In this document: in pieces, positions 1-17,900 of the stretch
Numbering within the stretch: position 1 is the stretch's first letter
Layout: the number at the start of each line of letters is the position of its first letter
DNA from: Bugula neritina
Lineage: Eukaryota; Animalia; Bryozoa
Direction of reading: 5' to 3'
DNA length: 64,000 nt
Assembly: GCA_964035545.1 (NCBI GenBank)
Contig: CAXIUT010000183.1
Coordinates: 1,793,001 to 1,857,000, forward strand
Translations under genes and position numbers: made by a program
The notes under the pieces: generated by a model
The model's input: only the letters and a program-made list of their open reading frames with translations
Databases searched by the model: none
What the model was told of the DNA's origin: nothing

Positions 1-3000
1 CATACTGAAATACACTGTAACATATTGAAATACACTGCAACACATTGAAATATACTGCAACATAACGAAATATATGGTAAACTACTGAAATATTTTTTAA
101 CACATTGAAAAATGCTGCAACATACTGAAATATATTTTAACACATTGAAAAATACTGCAACATACTGAAATATACCGTAACACACTGAAGTACACTGCAA
201 CTCACTGAAATATACTGCAATATACTGAAATACACTGCAACATCCTACAAAATGCTGAAATACACTGTAACATATTGAAATACACTGCAACACATTGAAA
301 TATACTGCAACATAACGAAATATATGGTAAACTACTGAAATATTTTTTAACACATTGAAAAATACTGCAACATACTGAAATATATTTTAACACATTGAAA
401 AATACTGCAACATACTGAAATTTACCGTAACACACTGAAGTACACTGCAACTCACTGAAATATACTGCAATATACTGAAATACACTGCAACATCCTACAA
501 AATGCTGAAATACACTGTAACATATCGAAATACACTGCAACACATTGAAATATACTGCAACATACCGAAATATATGATAAACTACTGAAATATACTGTGA
601 CACATTGAAAAAAGCTGCAACATACTGAAATATACTGCGACACCTAGCAATATACTGTAACATACTGAAATATGCTCTAGCACACTGAAATACAATGCAA
701 CTCACTGAAATATACTGCAACATACTGAAATACACAGCAACATCCTACAACATGCTGAAGTACACTGTAACATATTGAAATACACTGCAACACTTTGAAA
801 TATACTGCAACATACCGAAATATATGGTAAACTACTGCAACACACTACAACATATTGAAATACACTGCAACACATTGAAATATACTGCAACATACCTAAA
901 TATACGGTAATATACTGAAATATACTGTAACACACTGAAATATACTGCAACATACTGAAATACACTGTAACATACTGAAATATACTGCAACATACTGAAA
1001 TACACTGCTACATACTGAAATATACTGCAACATACTGCAACATACTGAAATACACTGTAACATACTGAAATAAACTGCAACATACTACAACATATTGAAA
1101 TACACTGCAACACATTGAAATATACTGCAACATACCTAAATATACGGTAATATACTGAAATATACTGTAACACATTGAAAAAACTGCAACATACTGAAAT
1201 ACACTGCAACACACTGAAATACACCGCAAAATACTACAACATACTTAAATACACTGTAACATATTGAAATCCAGTGCAACACATTGAAATATACTGCAAC
1301 ATACCGAAATATATGGTAAACTAATGAAATATACTGTAACACATTGAAAAATACCGCAACATAGTGAAATATACTGCGACACATTGCAATATACTGTAAC
1401 ATACTGAAATATGCTGTAGCACACTGAAATACACTGCAACATCCTACAACATACTGAAATACACTGTAAAATATTGAAATACACTGCAAGAAATTGAAAT
1501 AGACTGCAACACAACAAAATATATGGTAAACTACTGAAATAGACTTTAACACATTGAAAAATATTGCAACATACAGAAATATACTGTAACACACTGAAAT
1601 ATACTGCAACATACTGAAATACACTGTAACATACTGAAATACACAGCAACATCCTACAACATGCTGAAATACACTGTAACATATTGAAATACACTGCAAC
1701 ACATTGAAATATACTGCAACATACCGAAATATATGGTAAACTACTGAAATATACTGTAACACATTGAAAAATACTGCAACGTGCTGAAATATACTGCGAC
1801 ACCTAGCAATATACTGTAACATACTGAAATATGCTCTAGCGCACTGAAATACAATGCAACTTACTGAAAAATACTGCAACATACTGAAATACACTGCAAC
1901 ATCCTACAATATGCTGAAATACACTGTAACATATTGAAATACACTGCAACACTTTGAAATATACTGCAACATACCGAAATATATGGTAAACTACTGCAAC
2001 ATACTACAACATATTGAAATACACTGCAACACATTGAAATATACTGCAACATACCTAAATATACGGTAATATACTGAAATATACTGTAACACATTGAAAA
2101 ATACTGCAACATACTGAAATATACTGTAACACACCGAAATATACAGCAACATACTGAAATACACTGTAACATACTGAAATATACTGCAACATACTGAAAC
2201 ACACTGCTACATACTGAAATATACTGCAATATACTGCAACATACTGAAATACACTGTAACATACTGAAATAAACTGCAACATACTACAACATATTGAAGT
2301 ACACTGCAACACATTGAAGTATACTGCAACATACCTAAATATACGGTAATATACTGAAATTCACTGTAACGCATTGCAAAATACTGCAACATACTGAAAT
2401 TCACTGCGACACACTGAAATACGCTGCAAAATACTACAACATACTGAAATAAACTGTAACATATTGAAATACACTGCAACACATTGAAAAATACTGCAAC
2501 ATACTGAAATATACTGTAACACACTGAAATATACTGCAACATACTGAAATACACTGTAACATACTGAAATATACTGCAACATACTGAAATACACTGCTAC
2601 ATACTGAAATATACTGCAACATACTGCAACATACTGCAATACACTGTAACATACTGAAATACACTGCAACATACTACAACATATTGAAATACACTGCAAC
2701 ACATTGAAATACACTGCAACTTACCGAATATATGGTAAACTACTGAAATATGCTGTAACGCATTGAAAAGTACTGCAACATACTGAAATATATTGCGACA
2801 CATTGCAATAAACTGTAACATACTGAAAAATGCTGTAGCACACTGAAATACACTGCCATTCACTGAAATATACTGCAACATACTGAAATACACCGCAACA
2901 TCATACAACATACTGAAATACACTGTAACATAACGAAACATATGGTAAACTACTGAAATATATTTTAACACATTGAAAAATACTGCAACATACTGAAATG

Positions 3001-6000
3001 TATTTTAACACATTGAAAAATACTGCAACATACTGAAATATACTGTAACACACTGAAGTACACTGCAACTCACTGAAATATACTGCAATATACTGAAATA
3101 CATTGCAACATCCTACAAAATGCTGAAATACACTGTAACATATTGAAATACACTGCAACACATTGAAATATACTGCAACATACCGAAATATATGGTAAAC
3201 TACTGAAATATACTGTAACACATTGAAAAAAACTGCAACATACTGAAATATACTGCGACACCTAGCAATATACTGCAACATACTGAAATACACTGTAACA
3301 TACTGAAATATACTGCAACATACTGAAATACACTGCTACATACTGAAATATACTGCAACATACTGCAACATACTGAAATACACTGTAACATACTGAAATA
3401 AACTGCAACATACTACAACATATTGAAATACACTGCAACACATTGAAATATACTGCAACATACCTAAATATACGGTAATATACTGAAATATACTGTAACA
3501 CATTGAAAAATACCGCAACATACTGAAATATACTGCGACACATTACAATATACTGTAACATACTGAAATATGCTGTAGCACACTGAAATACACTGCAACA
3601 CCCTACAACATACTGAAATACACTGTAACATATTGAAATACACCGCAAGAAATTGAAATAGACTGCAACACAACAAAATATATGGTAAACTACTGAAATA
3701 GACTTTAACACATTGAAAAATACTGCAACATACAGAAATATACTGTAACACACTGAAATATACTGCAACATACTGAAATACACTGTAACATACTGAAATA
3801 TACTGCGACACATTGCAATATACTGTAACAAAACGAAATATGCTCTAGCACACTGAAATACACTGCAACTCACTGAAATATACTGCAACATACTGAAATA
3901 CACTGGGACATACTGAAATATACTGCAACATACTGAAATACACTGCTACATACCGAAATATACTGCAACATACTGCAACATACTGAAATACACTGCAGCA
4001 TACTACAACATACTGAAATACACTGCAACACATTGAAATATACTGCAACATACCAAATATACGGTAATATACCGAAATATACTGTAACGCATTGCAAAAT
4101 ACTGCAACAAACTGAAATACACTGCGACACACTGAAATACGCTGCAAAATACTACAACACACTGAAATAAACTGTAACATATTGAAATACACTGCAACAC
4201 ATTGAAAAATACTGCAACATACTGAAATATACTGTAACACACTGAAATATACTGCAACATACTGAAATACACTGTAACATACCTAAATATACTGCAACAT
4301 ACTGAAATACACTGCTACATACTGAAATATACTGCAACATACTGCAACATACTGCAATACACTGTAACATACTGAAATACACTGCAACATACTACAACAT
4401 ATTGAAATACACTGCAACACATTGAAATACACTGCAACTTACCGAATATATGGTAAACTACTGAAATATACTGTAACGCATTGAAAAGTACTGCAACATA
4501 CTGAAATATATTGCGACACATTGCAATAAACTGTAACATACTGAAAAATGCTGTAGCACACTGAAATACACTGCCATTCACTGAAATATACTGCAACATA
4601 CTGAAATACACCGCAACATCCTACAACATACTGAAATACACTGTAACATATTGAAATACACTGCAACACATTGAAATATACTGCAACATAACGAAATATA
4701 TGGTAAACTACTGAAATATTTTTTAACACATTGAAAAATGCTGCAACATACTGAAATATATTTTAACACATTGAAAAATACTGCAACATACTGAAATATA
4801 CCGTAACACACTGAAGTACACTGCAACTCACTGAAATATACTGCAATATACTGAAATACACTGCAACATCCTACAAAATGCTGAAATACACTGTAACATA
4901 TTGAAATACACTGCAACACATTGAAATATACTGCAACATAACGAAATATATGGTAAACTACTGAAATATTTTTTAACACATTGAAAAATACTGCAACATA
5001 CTGAAATATATTTTAACACATTGAAAAATACTGCAACATACTGAAATTTACCGTAACACACTGAAGTACACTGCAACTCACTGAAATAAACTGCAATATA
5101 CTGAAATACACTGCAACATCCTACAAAATGCTGAAATACACTGTAACATATCGAAATACACTGCAACACATTGAAATATACTGCAACATACCGAAATATA
5201 TGATAAACTACTGAAATATACTGTGACACATTGAAAAAAGCTGCAACATAGTGAAATATACTGCGACACCTAGCAATATACTGTAACATACTGAAATATG
5301 CTCTAGCACACTGAAATACAATGCAACTCACTAAAATATACTGCAACATACTGAAATACACAGCAACATCCTACAACATGCTGAAGTACACTGTAACATA
5401 TTGAAATACACTGCAACACTTTGAAATATACTGCAACATACCGAAATATATGGTAAACTACTGCAACACACTACAACATATTGAAATACACTGCAACACA
5501 TTGAAATATACTGCAACATACCTAAATATACGGTAATATACTGAAATATACTGTAACACACTGAAATATACTGCAACATACTGAAATACACTGTAACATA
5601 CTGAAATATACTGCAACATACTGAAATACACTGCTACATACTGAAATATACTGCAACATACTGCAACATACTGAAATACACTGTAACATACTGAAATAAA
5701 CTGCAACATACTACAACATATTGAAATACACTGCAACACATTGAAATATACTGCAACATACCTAAATATACGGTAATATACTGAAATATACTGTAACACA
5801 TTGAAAAAACTGCAACATACTGAAATACACTGCAACACACTGAAATACACCGCAAAATACTACAACATACTTAAATACACTGTAACATATTGAAATCCAG
5901 TGCAACACATTGAAATATACTGCAACATACCGAAATATATGGTAAACTAATGAAATATACTGTAACACATTGAAAAATACCGCAACATACTGAAATATAC

Positions 6001-9000
6001 TGCGACACATTGCAATATACTGTAACATACTGAAATATGCTGTAGCACACTGAAATACACTGCAACATCCTACAACATACTGAAATACACTGTAAAATAT
6101 TGAAATACACTGCAAGAAATTGAAATAGACTGCAACACAACAAAATATATGGTAAACTACTGAAATAGACTTTAACACATTGAAAAATACTGCAACATAC
6201 AGAAATATACTGTAACACACTGAAATATACTGCAACATACTGAAATACACTGTAACATACTGAAATACACAGCAACATCCTACAACATGCTGAAATACAC
6301 TGTAACATATTGAAATACACTGCAACACATTGAAATATACTGCAACATACCGAAATATATGGTAAACTACTGAAATATACTGTAACACATTGAAAAATAC
6401 TGCAACGTGCTGAAATATACTGCGACACCTAGCACTATACTGTAACATACTGAAATATGCTCTAGCGCACTGAAATACAATGCAACTTACTGAAAAATAC
6501 TGCAACATACTGAAATACACTGCAACATCCTACAATATGCTGAAATACACTGTAACATATTGAAATACACTGCAACACTTTGAAATATACTGCAACATAC
6601 CGAAATATATGGTAAACTACTGCAACATACTACAACATATTGAAATACACTGCAACACATTGAAATATACTGCAACATACCTAAATATACGGTAATATAC
6701 TGAAATATACTGTAACACATTGAAAAATACTGCAACATACTGAAATATACTGTAACACACCGAAATATACAGCAACATACTGAAATACACTGTAACATAC
6801 TGAAATATACTGCAACATACTGAAACACACTGCTACATACTGAAATATACTGCAATATACTGCAACATACTGAAATACACTGTAACATACTGAAATAAAC
6901 TGCAACATACTACAACATATTGAAGTACACTGCAACACATTGAAATATACTGCAACATACCTAAATATACGGTAATATACTGAAATTCACTGTAACGCAT
7001 TGCAAAATACTGCAACATACTGAAATTCACTGCGACACACTGAAATACGCTGCAAAATACTACAACATACTGAAATAAACTGTAACATATTGAAATACAC
7101 TGCAACACATTGAAAAATACTGCAACATACTGAAATATACTGTAACACACTGAAATATACTGCAACATACTGAAATACACTGTAACATACTGAAATATAC
7201 TGCAACATACTGAAATACACTGCTACATACTGAAATATACTGCAACATACTGCAACATACTGCAATACACTGTAACATACTGAAATACACTGCAACATAC
7301 TACAACATATTGAAATACACTGCAACACATTGAAATACACTGCAACTTACCGAATATATGGTAAACTACTGAAATATGCTGTAACGCATTGAAAAGTACT
7401 GCAACATACTGAAATATATTGCGACACATTGCAATAAACTGTAACATACTGAAAAATGCTGTAGCACACTGAAATACACTGCCATTCACTGAAATATACT
7501 GCAACATACTGAAATACACCGCAACATCATACAACATACTGAAATACACTGTAACATAACGAAACATATGGTAAACTACTGAAATATATTTTAACACATT
7601 GAAAAATACTGCAACATACTGAAATGTATTTTAACACATTGAAAAATACTGCAACATACTGAAATATACTGTAACACACTGAAGTACACTGCAACTCACT
7701 GAAATATACTGCAATATACTGAAATACATTGCAACATCCTACAAAATGCTGAAATACACTGTAACATATTGAAATACACTGCAACACATTGAAATATACT
7801 GCAACATACCGAAATATATGGTAAACTACTGAAATATACTGTAACACATTGAAAAAAACTGCAACATACTGAAATATACTGCGACACCTAGCAATATACT
7901 GCAACATACTGAAATACACTGTAACATACTGAAATATACTGCAACATACTGAAATACACTGCTACATACTGAAATATACTGCAACATACTGCAACATACT
8001 GAAATACACTGTAACATACTGAAATAAACTGCAACATACTACAACATATTGAAATACACTGCAACACATTGAAATATACTGCAACATACCTAAATATACG
8101 GTAATATACTGAAATATACTGTAACACATTGAAAAATACCGCAACATACTGAAATATACTGCGACACATTACAATATACTGTAACATGCTGAAATATGCT
8201 GTAGCACACTGAAATACACTGCAACACCCTACAACATACTGAAATACACTGTAACATATTGAAATACACCGCAAGAAATTGAAATAGACTGCAACACAAC
8301 AAAATATATGGTAAACTACTGAAATAGACTTTAACACATTGAAAAATACTGCAACATACAGAAATATACTGTAACACACTGAAATATACTGCAACATACT
8401 GAAATACACTGTAACATACTGAAATATACTGCGACACATTGCAATATACTGTAACATAACGAAATATGCTCTAGCACACTGAAATACACTGCAACTCACT
8501 GAAATATACTGCAACATACTGAAATACACTGGGACATACTGAAATATACTGCAACATACTGAAATACACTGCTACATACCGAAATATACTGCAACATACT
8601 GCAACATACTGAAATACACTGCAGCATACTACAACATACTGAAATACACTGCAACACATTGAAATATACTGCAACATACCAAATATACGGTAATATACCG
8701 AAATATACTGTAACGCATTGCAAAATACTGCAACAAACTGAAATACACTGCGACACACTGAAATACGCTGCAAAATACTACAACACACTGAAATAAACTG
8801 TAACATATTGAAATACACTGCAACACATTGAAAAATACTGCAACATACTGAAATATACTGTAACACACTGAAATATACTGCAACATACTGAAATACACTG
8901 TAACATACCTAAATATACTGCAACATACTGAAATACACTGCTACATACTGAAATATACTGCAACATACTGCAACATACTGCAATACACTGTAACATACTG

Positions 9001-9246
9001 AAATACACTGCAACATACTACAACATATTGAAATACACTGCAACACATTGAAATACACTGCAACTTACCGAATATATGGTAAACTACTGAAATATACTGT
9101 AACGCATTGAAAAGTACTGCAACATACTGAAATATATTGCGACACATTGCAATAAACTGTAACATACTGAAAAATGCTGTAGCACACTGAAATACACTGC
9201 CATTCACTGAAATATACTGCAACATACTGAAATACACCGCAACATC
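1..9246 (+). repeat. Two tandem near-identical 4626-bp HOR units (1-4626, 4627-~9246)
   Basis: Position 1 matches 4627. ORF-track pairs are offset by exactly 4626 (202/4828, 832/5458, 1136/5762, 3262/7888, 4003/8629). About ten substitutions seen by eye. 4626 = 463 words minus four 1-bp deletions (near 1181, 2727, 4055, 4446). Confidence 0.95.
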
Positions 9247-12200
9247 ATACAACATACTGAAATACACTGTAACATAACGAAACATATGGTAAACTACTGA
9301 AATATATTTTAACACATTGAAAAATACTGCAACATACTGAAATGTATTTTAACACATTGAAAAATACTGCAACATACTGAAATACACTGTAACATACTGA
9401 AATACACTGCTACATACTGAAATATACTGCAACATACTGCAACATACTGCAACATACTGAAATACGCTGTAACATACTGAAATACACTGCAACATACTAC
9501 AACATATTGAAATACACTGCAACACATTGAAATGTACTGCAACATACCGAAATATACGGTAATATACTGAAATACACAGTAACACATTGAAAAATACTGC
9601 AACATACCGAAAAACACCGCAACACACTGAAACACACCGCTAAAAACTACAACATACTGAAATACACTGTAACATATTGAAGTACACTGCAACACATTTA
9701 AATATACTGCAACATACCAAAATATATGGTAAACAACTGAAATATACTTTAACACATTGAAAAATACTGCAACATACTGAAATATACTGCGACACATTGC
9801 AATATACTGTAACATAACGAAATATGCTCTAGCACACTGAAATACACTGCAACTCACTGAAATATACTGCAACATACTGAAATACACTGTGACATACTGA
9901 AATATACTGCAACATACTGAAATACACTGCTACATACCGAAATATACTGCAACATACTGCAACATACTGAAATACACTGCAGCATACTACAACATACTGA
10001 AATACACTGCAACACATTGAAATATACTGCAACATACCAAATATACGGTAATATACCGAAATATACTGTAACGCATTGCAAAATACTGCAACAAACTAAA
10101 ATACACTGCGACACACTGAAATACGCTGCAAAATACTACAACACACTGAAATAAACTGTAACATATTGAAATACACTGCAACACATTGAAAAATACTGCA
10201 ACATACTGAAATATACTGTAACACACTGAAATATACTGCAACATACTGAAATACACTGTAACATACTGAAATATACTGCAACATACTGAAATACACTGCT
10301 ACATACTGAAATATACTGCAACATACTGCAACATACTGCAATACACTGTAACATACTGAAATACACTGAAACATATTATAACATATTGAAATACACTGCA
10401 AAACATTGAAATACACTGCAACTTACCGAATATATGGTAAACTACTGAAATATACTGTAACGCATTGAAAAGTACTGCAACATACTGAAATATATTGCGA
10501 CACATTGCAATAAACTGTAACATACTGAAAAATGCTGTAGCACACTGAAATACACTGCCATTCACTGAAATATACTGCAACATACTGAAATACACCGCAA
10601 CATCCTACAACATACTGAAATACACTGTAACATATTGAAATACACTGCAACACATTGAAATATACTACAACATAACGAAATATATGGTAAACTACTGAAA
10701 TATTTTTTAACACATTGAAAAATACTGCAACATACTGAAATATATTTTAACACATTGAAAAATACTGCAACATACTGAAATATACCGTAACACACTGAAG
10801 TACACTGCAACTCACTGAAATATACTGCAATATACTGAAATACACTGCAACATCCTACAAAATGCTGAAATACACTGTAACATATTGAAAGACACTGCAA
10901 CACATTGAAATATACTGCAACATAACGAAATATATGGTAAACTACTGAAATATTTTTTAACACATTGAAAAATACTGCAACATACTGAAATATATTTTAA
11001 CACATTGAAAAATACTGCAACATACTGAAATTTACCGTAACACACTGAAGTACACTGCAACTCACTGAAATATACTGCAATATACTGAAATACACTGCAA
11101 CATCCTACAAAATGCTGAAATACACTGTAACATATTGAAATACACTGCAACACATTGAAATATACTGCAACATACCGAAATATATGATAAACTACTGAAA
11201 TATACTGTGACACATTGAAAAAAGCTGCAACATACTGAAATATACTGCGACACCTAGCAATATACTGTAACATACTGAAATATGCTCTAGCACACTGAAA
11301 TACAATGCAACTCACTGAAATATACTGCAACATACTGAAATACACAGCAACATCCTACAACATGCTGAAGTACACTGTAACATATTGAAATACACTGCAA
11401 CACTTTGAAATATACTGCAACATACCGAAATATATGGTAAACTACTGCAACACACTACAACATATTGAAATACACTGCAACACATTGAAATATACTGCAA
11501 CATACCTAAATATACGGTAATATACTGAAATATACTGTAACACACCGAAATATACTGCAACATACTGAAATACACTGTAACATACTGAAGTATACTGCAA
11601 CATACTGAAATACACTGCTACATACTGAAATATACTGCAACATACTGCAACATACTGAAATACACTGTAACATACTGAAATAAACTGCAACATACTACAA
11701 CATATTGAAATACACTGCAACACATTGAAATATACTGCAACATACCTAAATATACGGTAATATACTGAAATATACTGTAACACATTGAAAAAACTGCAAC
11801 ATACTGAAATACACTGCAACACACTGAAATACACCGCAAAATACTACAACATACTTAAATACACTGTAACATATTGAAATCCAGTGCAACACATTGAAAT
11901 ATACTGCAACATACCGAAATATATGGTAAACTAATGAAATATACTGTAACACATTGAAAAATACCGCAACATACTGAAATATACTGCGACACATTGCAAT
12001 ATACTGTAACATACTGAATTATGCTGTAGCACACTGAAATACACTGCAACATCCTACAACATACTGAAATACACTGTAAAATATTGAAATACACTGCAAG
12101 AAATTGAAATAGACTGCAACACAACAAAATATTTGGTAAACTACTGAAATATACTGTAACACATTGAAAAATACTGCAACGTACTGAAATATACTGCGAC

Positions 12201-14930
12201 ACCTAGCAATATACTGTAACATACTGAAATATGCTCTAGCGCACTGAAATACAATGCAACTTACTGAAAAATACTGCAACATACTGAAATACACTGCAAC
12301 ATCCTACAATATGCTGAAATACACTGTAACATATTGAAATACACTGCAACACTTTGAAATATACTTCAACATACCGAAATATATGGTAAACTACTGCAAC
12401 ATACTACAACATATTGAAATACACTGCAACACATTGAAATATACTGCAACATACCTAAATATACGGTAATATACTGAAATATACTGTAACACATTGAAAA
12501 ATACTGCAACATACTGAAATATACTGTAACACACCGAAATATACAGCAACATACTGAAATACACTGTAACATACTGAAATATACTGCAACATACTGAAAC
12601 ACACTGCTACATACTGAAATATACTGCAATATACTGCAACATACTGAAATACACTGTAACATACTGAAATAAACTGCAACATACTACAACATATTGAAAT
12701 ACACTGCAACACATTGAAATATACTGCAACATACCTAAATATACGGTAATATACTGAAATTCACTGTAACGCATTGCAAAATACTGCAACATACTGAAAT
12801 TCACTGCGACACACTGAAATACGCTGCAAAATACTACAACATACTGAAATAAACTGTAACATATTGAAATACACTGCAACACATTGAAAAATACTGCAAC
12901 ATACTGAAATATATTGTAACACACTGAAATATACTGCAACATACTGAAATACACTGTAACATACTGAAATATACTGCAACATACTGAAATACACTGCTAC
13001 ATACTGAAATATACTGCAACATACTGCAACATACTGCAATACACTGCAACATACTGAAATACACTGCAACATACTACAACATATTGAAATACACTGCAAC
13101 ACATTGAAATACACTGCAACTTACCGAATATATGGTAAACTACTGAAATATACTGTAACGCATTGAAAAGTACTGCAACATACTGAAATATATTGCGACA
13201 CATTGCAATAAACTGTAACATACTGAAAAATGCTGTAGCACACTGAAATACACTGCCATTCACTGAAATATACTGCAACATACTGAAATACACCGCAACA
13301 TCATACAACATACTGAAATACACTGTAACATAACGAAACATATGGTAAACTACTGAAATATATTTTAACACATTGAAAAATACTGCAACATACTGAAATG
13401 TATTTTAACACATTGAAAAATACTGCAACATACTGAAATATACTGTAACACACTGAAGTACACTGCAACTCACTGAAATATACTGCAATATACTGAAATA
13501 CACTGCAACATCCTACAAAATGCTGAAATACACTGTAACATATTGAAATACACTGCAACACATTGAAATATACTGCAACATACCGAAATATATGGTAAAC
13601 TACTGAAATATACTGTAACACATTGAAAAAAACTGCAACATACTGAAATATACTGCGACACCTAGCAATATACTGCAACATACTGAAATACACTGTAACA
13701 TACTGAAATATACTGCAACATACTGAAATACACTGCTACATACTGAAATATACTGCAACATACTGCAACATACTGAAATACACTGTAACATACTGAAATA
13801 AACTGCAACATACTACAACATATTGAAACACACTGCAACACATTGAAATATACTGCAACATACCTAAATATACGGTAATATACTGAAATATACTGTAACA
13901 CATTGAAAAATACCGCAACATACTGAAATATACTGCGACACATTGCAATATACTGTAACATACTGAAATATGCTGTAGCACACTGAAATACACTGCAACA
14001 CCCTACAACATACTGAAATACACTGTAACATATTGAAATACACCGCAAGAAATTGAAATAGACTGCAACACAACAAAATATATGGTAAACTAGTGAAATA
14101 GACTTTAACACATTGAAAAATACTGCAACATACAGAAATATACTGTAACACACTGAAATATACTGCAACATACTGAAATACACTGTAACATACTGAAATA
14201 TACTGCAACATACTGAAATACACTGCAACATACTGAAATATACTGCAACATACTGCAACATACTGCAACATACTGAAATACGCTGTAACATACTGAAATA
14301 CACTGCAACATACTACAACATATTGAAATACACTGCAACACATTGAAATGTACTGCAACATACCGAAATATACGGTAATATACTGAAATACACAGTAACA
14401 CATTGAAAAATACTGCAACATACCGAAAAACACTGCAACACACTGAAACACACCGCAAAAAACTACAACATACTGAAATACACTGTAACATATTGAAGTA
14501 CACTGCAACACATTTAAATATACTGCAACATACCAAAATATATGGTAAACAACTGAAACATACTTTAACCCATTGAAAAATACTGCAACATACTGAAATA
14601 TACTGCGACACCTAGCAATATACTGTAACATACTGAAATATGCTCTAGCACACTGAAATACAATGCAACTCACTGAAATATACTGCAACATACTGAAATA
14701 CACAGCAACATCTTACAACATGCTGAAATACACTGTAACATATTGAAATACACTGCAACACATTGAAATATACTGCAACATACCGAAATATATGGTAAAC
14801 TACTGAAATATACTGTAACACATTGAAAAATACTGCAACGTACTGAAATATACTGCGACACCTAGCAATATACTGTAACATACTGAAATATGCTCTAGCG
14901 CACTGAAATACAATGCAACTTACTGAAAAA

Positions 14931-17900
14931 TACTGCAACATACTGAAATACACTGCAACATCCTACAATATGCTGAAATACACTGTAACATATTGAAATA
15001 CACTGCAACACATTGAAATATACTGCAACATACCTAAATATACGGTAATATACTGAAATATACTGTAACACATTGAAAAATACTGCAACATACTGAAATA
15101 TACTGTAACACACCGAAATATACAGCAACATACTGAAATACACTGTAACATACTGAAATATACTGCAACATACTGAAACACACTGCTACATACTGAAATA
15201 TACTGCAATATACTGCAACATACTGAAATACACTGTAACATACTGAAATAAACTGCAACATACTACAACATATTGAAATACACTGCAACACATTGAAATA
15301 TACTGCAACATACCTAAATATACGGTAATATACTGAAATTCACTGTAACGCATTGCAAAATACTGCAACATACTGAAATTCACTGCGACACACTGAAATA
15401 CGCTGCAAAATACTACAACATACTGAAATAAACTGTAACATATTGAAATACACTGCAACACATTGAAAAATACTGCAACATACTGAAATATACTGTAACA
15501 CACTGAAATATACTGCAACATACTGAAATACACTGTAACATACTGAAATATACTGCAACATACTGAAATACACTGCTACATACTGAAATATACTGCAACA
15601 TACTGCAACATACTGCAATACACTGTAACATACTGAAATACACTGCAACATACTACAACATATTGAAATACACTGCAACACATTGAAATACACTGCAACT
15701 TACCGAATATATGGTAAACTACTGAAATATACTGTAACGCATTGAAAAGTACTGCAACATACTGAAATATATTGCGACACATTGCAATAAACTGTAACAT
15801 ACTGCAACATACTGAAATACACTGCTACATACTGAAATATACTGCAACATACTGCAACATACTGCAACATACTGAAATACGCTGTAACATACTGAAATAC
15901 ACTGCAACATACTGCAACATATTGAAATACACTGCAACACATTGAAATGTACTGCAACATACCGAAATATACGGTAATATACTGAAATACACAGTAACAC
16001 ATTGAAAAATACTGCAACATACCGAAAAACACTGCAACACACTGAAACACACCGCAAAAAACTACAACATACTGAAATACACTGTAACATATTGAAGTAC
16101 ACTGCAACACATTTAAATATACTGCAACATACCAAAATATATGGTAAACAACTGAAATATACTTTAACACATTGAAAAATACTGCAACATACTGAAATAT
16201 ACTGCGACACATTGCAATATACTGTAACATAACGAAATATGCTCTAGCACACTGAAATACACTGCAACTCACTGAAATATACTGCAACATACTGAAATAC
16301 ACTGTGACATACTGAAATATACTGCAACATACTGAAATACACTGCTACATACCGAAATATACTGCAACATACTGCAACATATTGAAATACACTGCAGCAT
16401 ACTACAACATACTGAAATACACTGCAACACATTGAAATATACTGCAACATACCAAATATACGGTAATATACCGAAATATACTGTAACGCATTGCAAAATA
16501 CTGCAACAAACTGAAATACACTGCGACACACTGAAATACGCTGCAAAATACTACAACACACTGAAATAAACTGTAACATATTGAAATACACTGCAACACA
16601 TTGAAAAATACTGCAACATACTGAAATATACTGTAACACACTGAAATATAGTGCAACATACTGAAATACACTGTAACATACTGAAATATACTGCAACATA
16701 CTGAAATACACTGCTACATACTGAAATATACTGCAACATACTGCAACATACTGCAATACACTGTAACATACTGAAATACACTGAAACATACTACAACATA
16801 TTGAAATACACTGCAAAACATTGAAATACACTGCAACTTACCGAATATATGGTAAACTACTGAAATATACTGTAACGCATTGAAAAGTACTGCAACATAC
16901 TGAAATATATTGCGACACATTGCAATAAACTGTAACATACTGAAAAATGCTGTAGCACACTGAAATACACTGCCATTCACTGAAATATACTGCAACATAC
17001 TGAAATACACCGCAACATCCTACAACATACTGAAATACACTGTAACATATTGAAATACACTGCAACACATTGAAATATACTGCAACATAACGAAATATAT
17101 GGTAAACTACTGAAATATTTTTTAACACATTGAAAAATACTGCAACATACTGAAATATATTTCAACACATTGAAAAATACTGCAACATACTGAAATATAC
17201 CGTAACACACTGAAGTACACTGCAACTCACTGAAATATACTGTAATATACTGAAATACACTGCAACATCCTACAAAATGCTGAAATACACTGTAACATAT
17301 TGAAATACACTGCAACACATTGAAATATACTGCAACATACCGAAATATATGATAAACTACTGAAATATACTGTGACACATTGAAAAAAGCTGCAACATAC
17401 TGAAATATACTGCGACACCTAGCAATTTACTGTAACATACTGAAATATGCTCTAGCACACTGAAATACAATGCAACTCACTGAAATATACTGCAACATAC
17501 TGAAATACACAGCAACATCCTACAACATGCTGAAGTACACTGTAACATATTGAAATACACTGCAACACTTTGAAATATACTGCAACATACCGAAATATAT
17601 TATGGTAAACTACTGCAACACACTACAACATATTGAAATACATTGCAACACATTGAAATATACTGCAACATACCTAAATATACGGTAATATACTGAAATA
17701 TACTGTAACACACCGAAATATACTGCAACATACTGAAATACACTGTAACATACTGAAATATACTGCAACATACTGAAATACACTGCTACATACTGAAATA
17801 TACTGCAACATACTGCAACATACTGAAATACACTGTAACATACTGAAATAAACTGCAACATACTACAACATATTGAAATACACTGCAACACATTGAAATA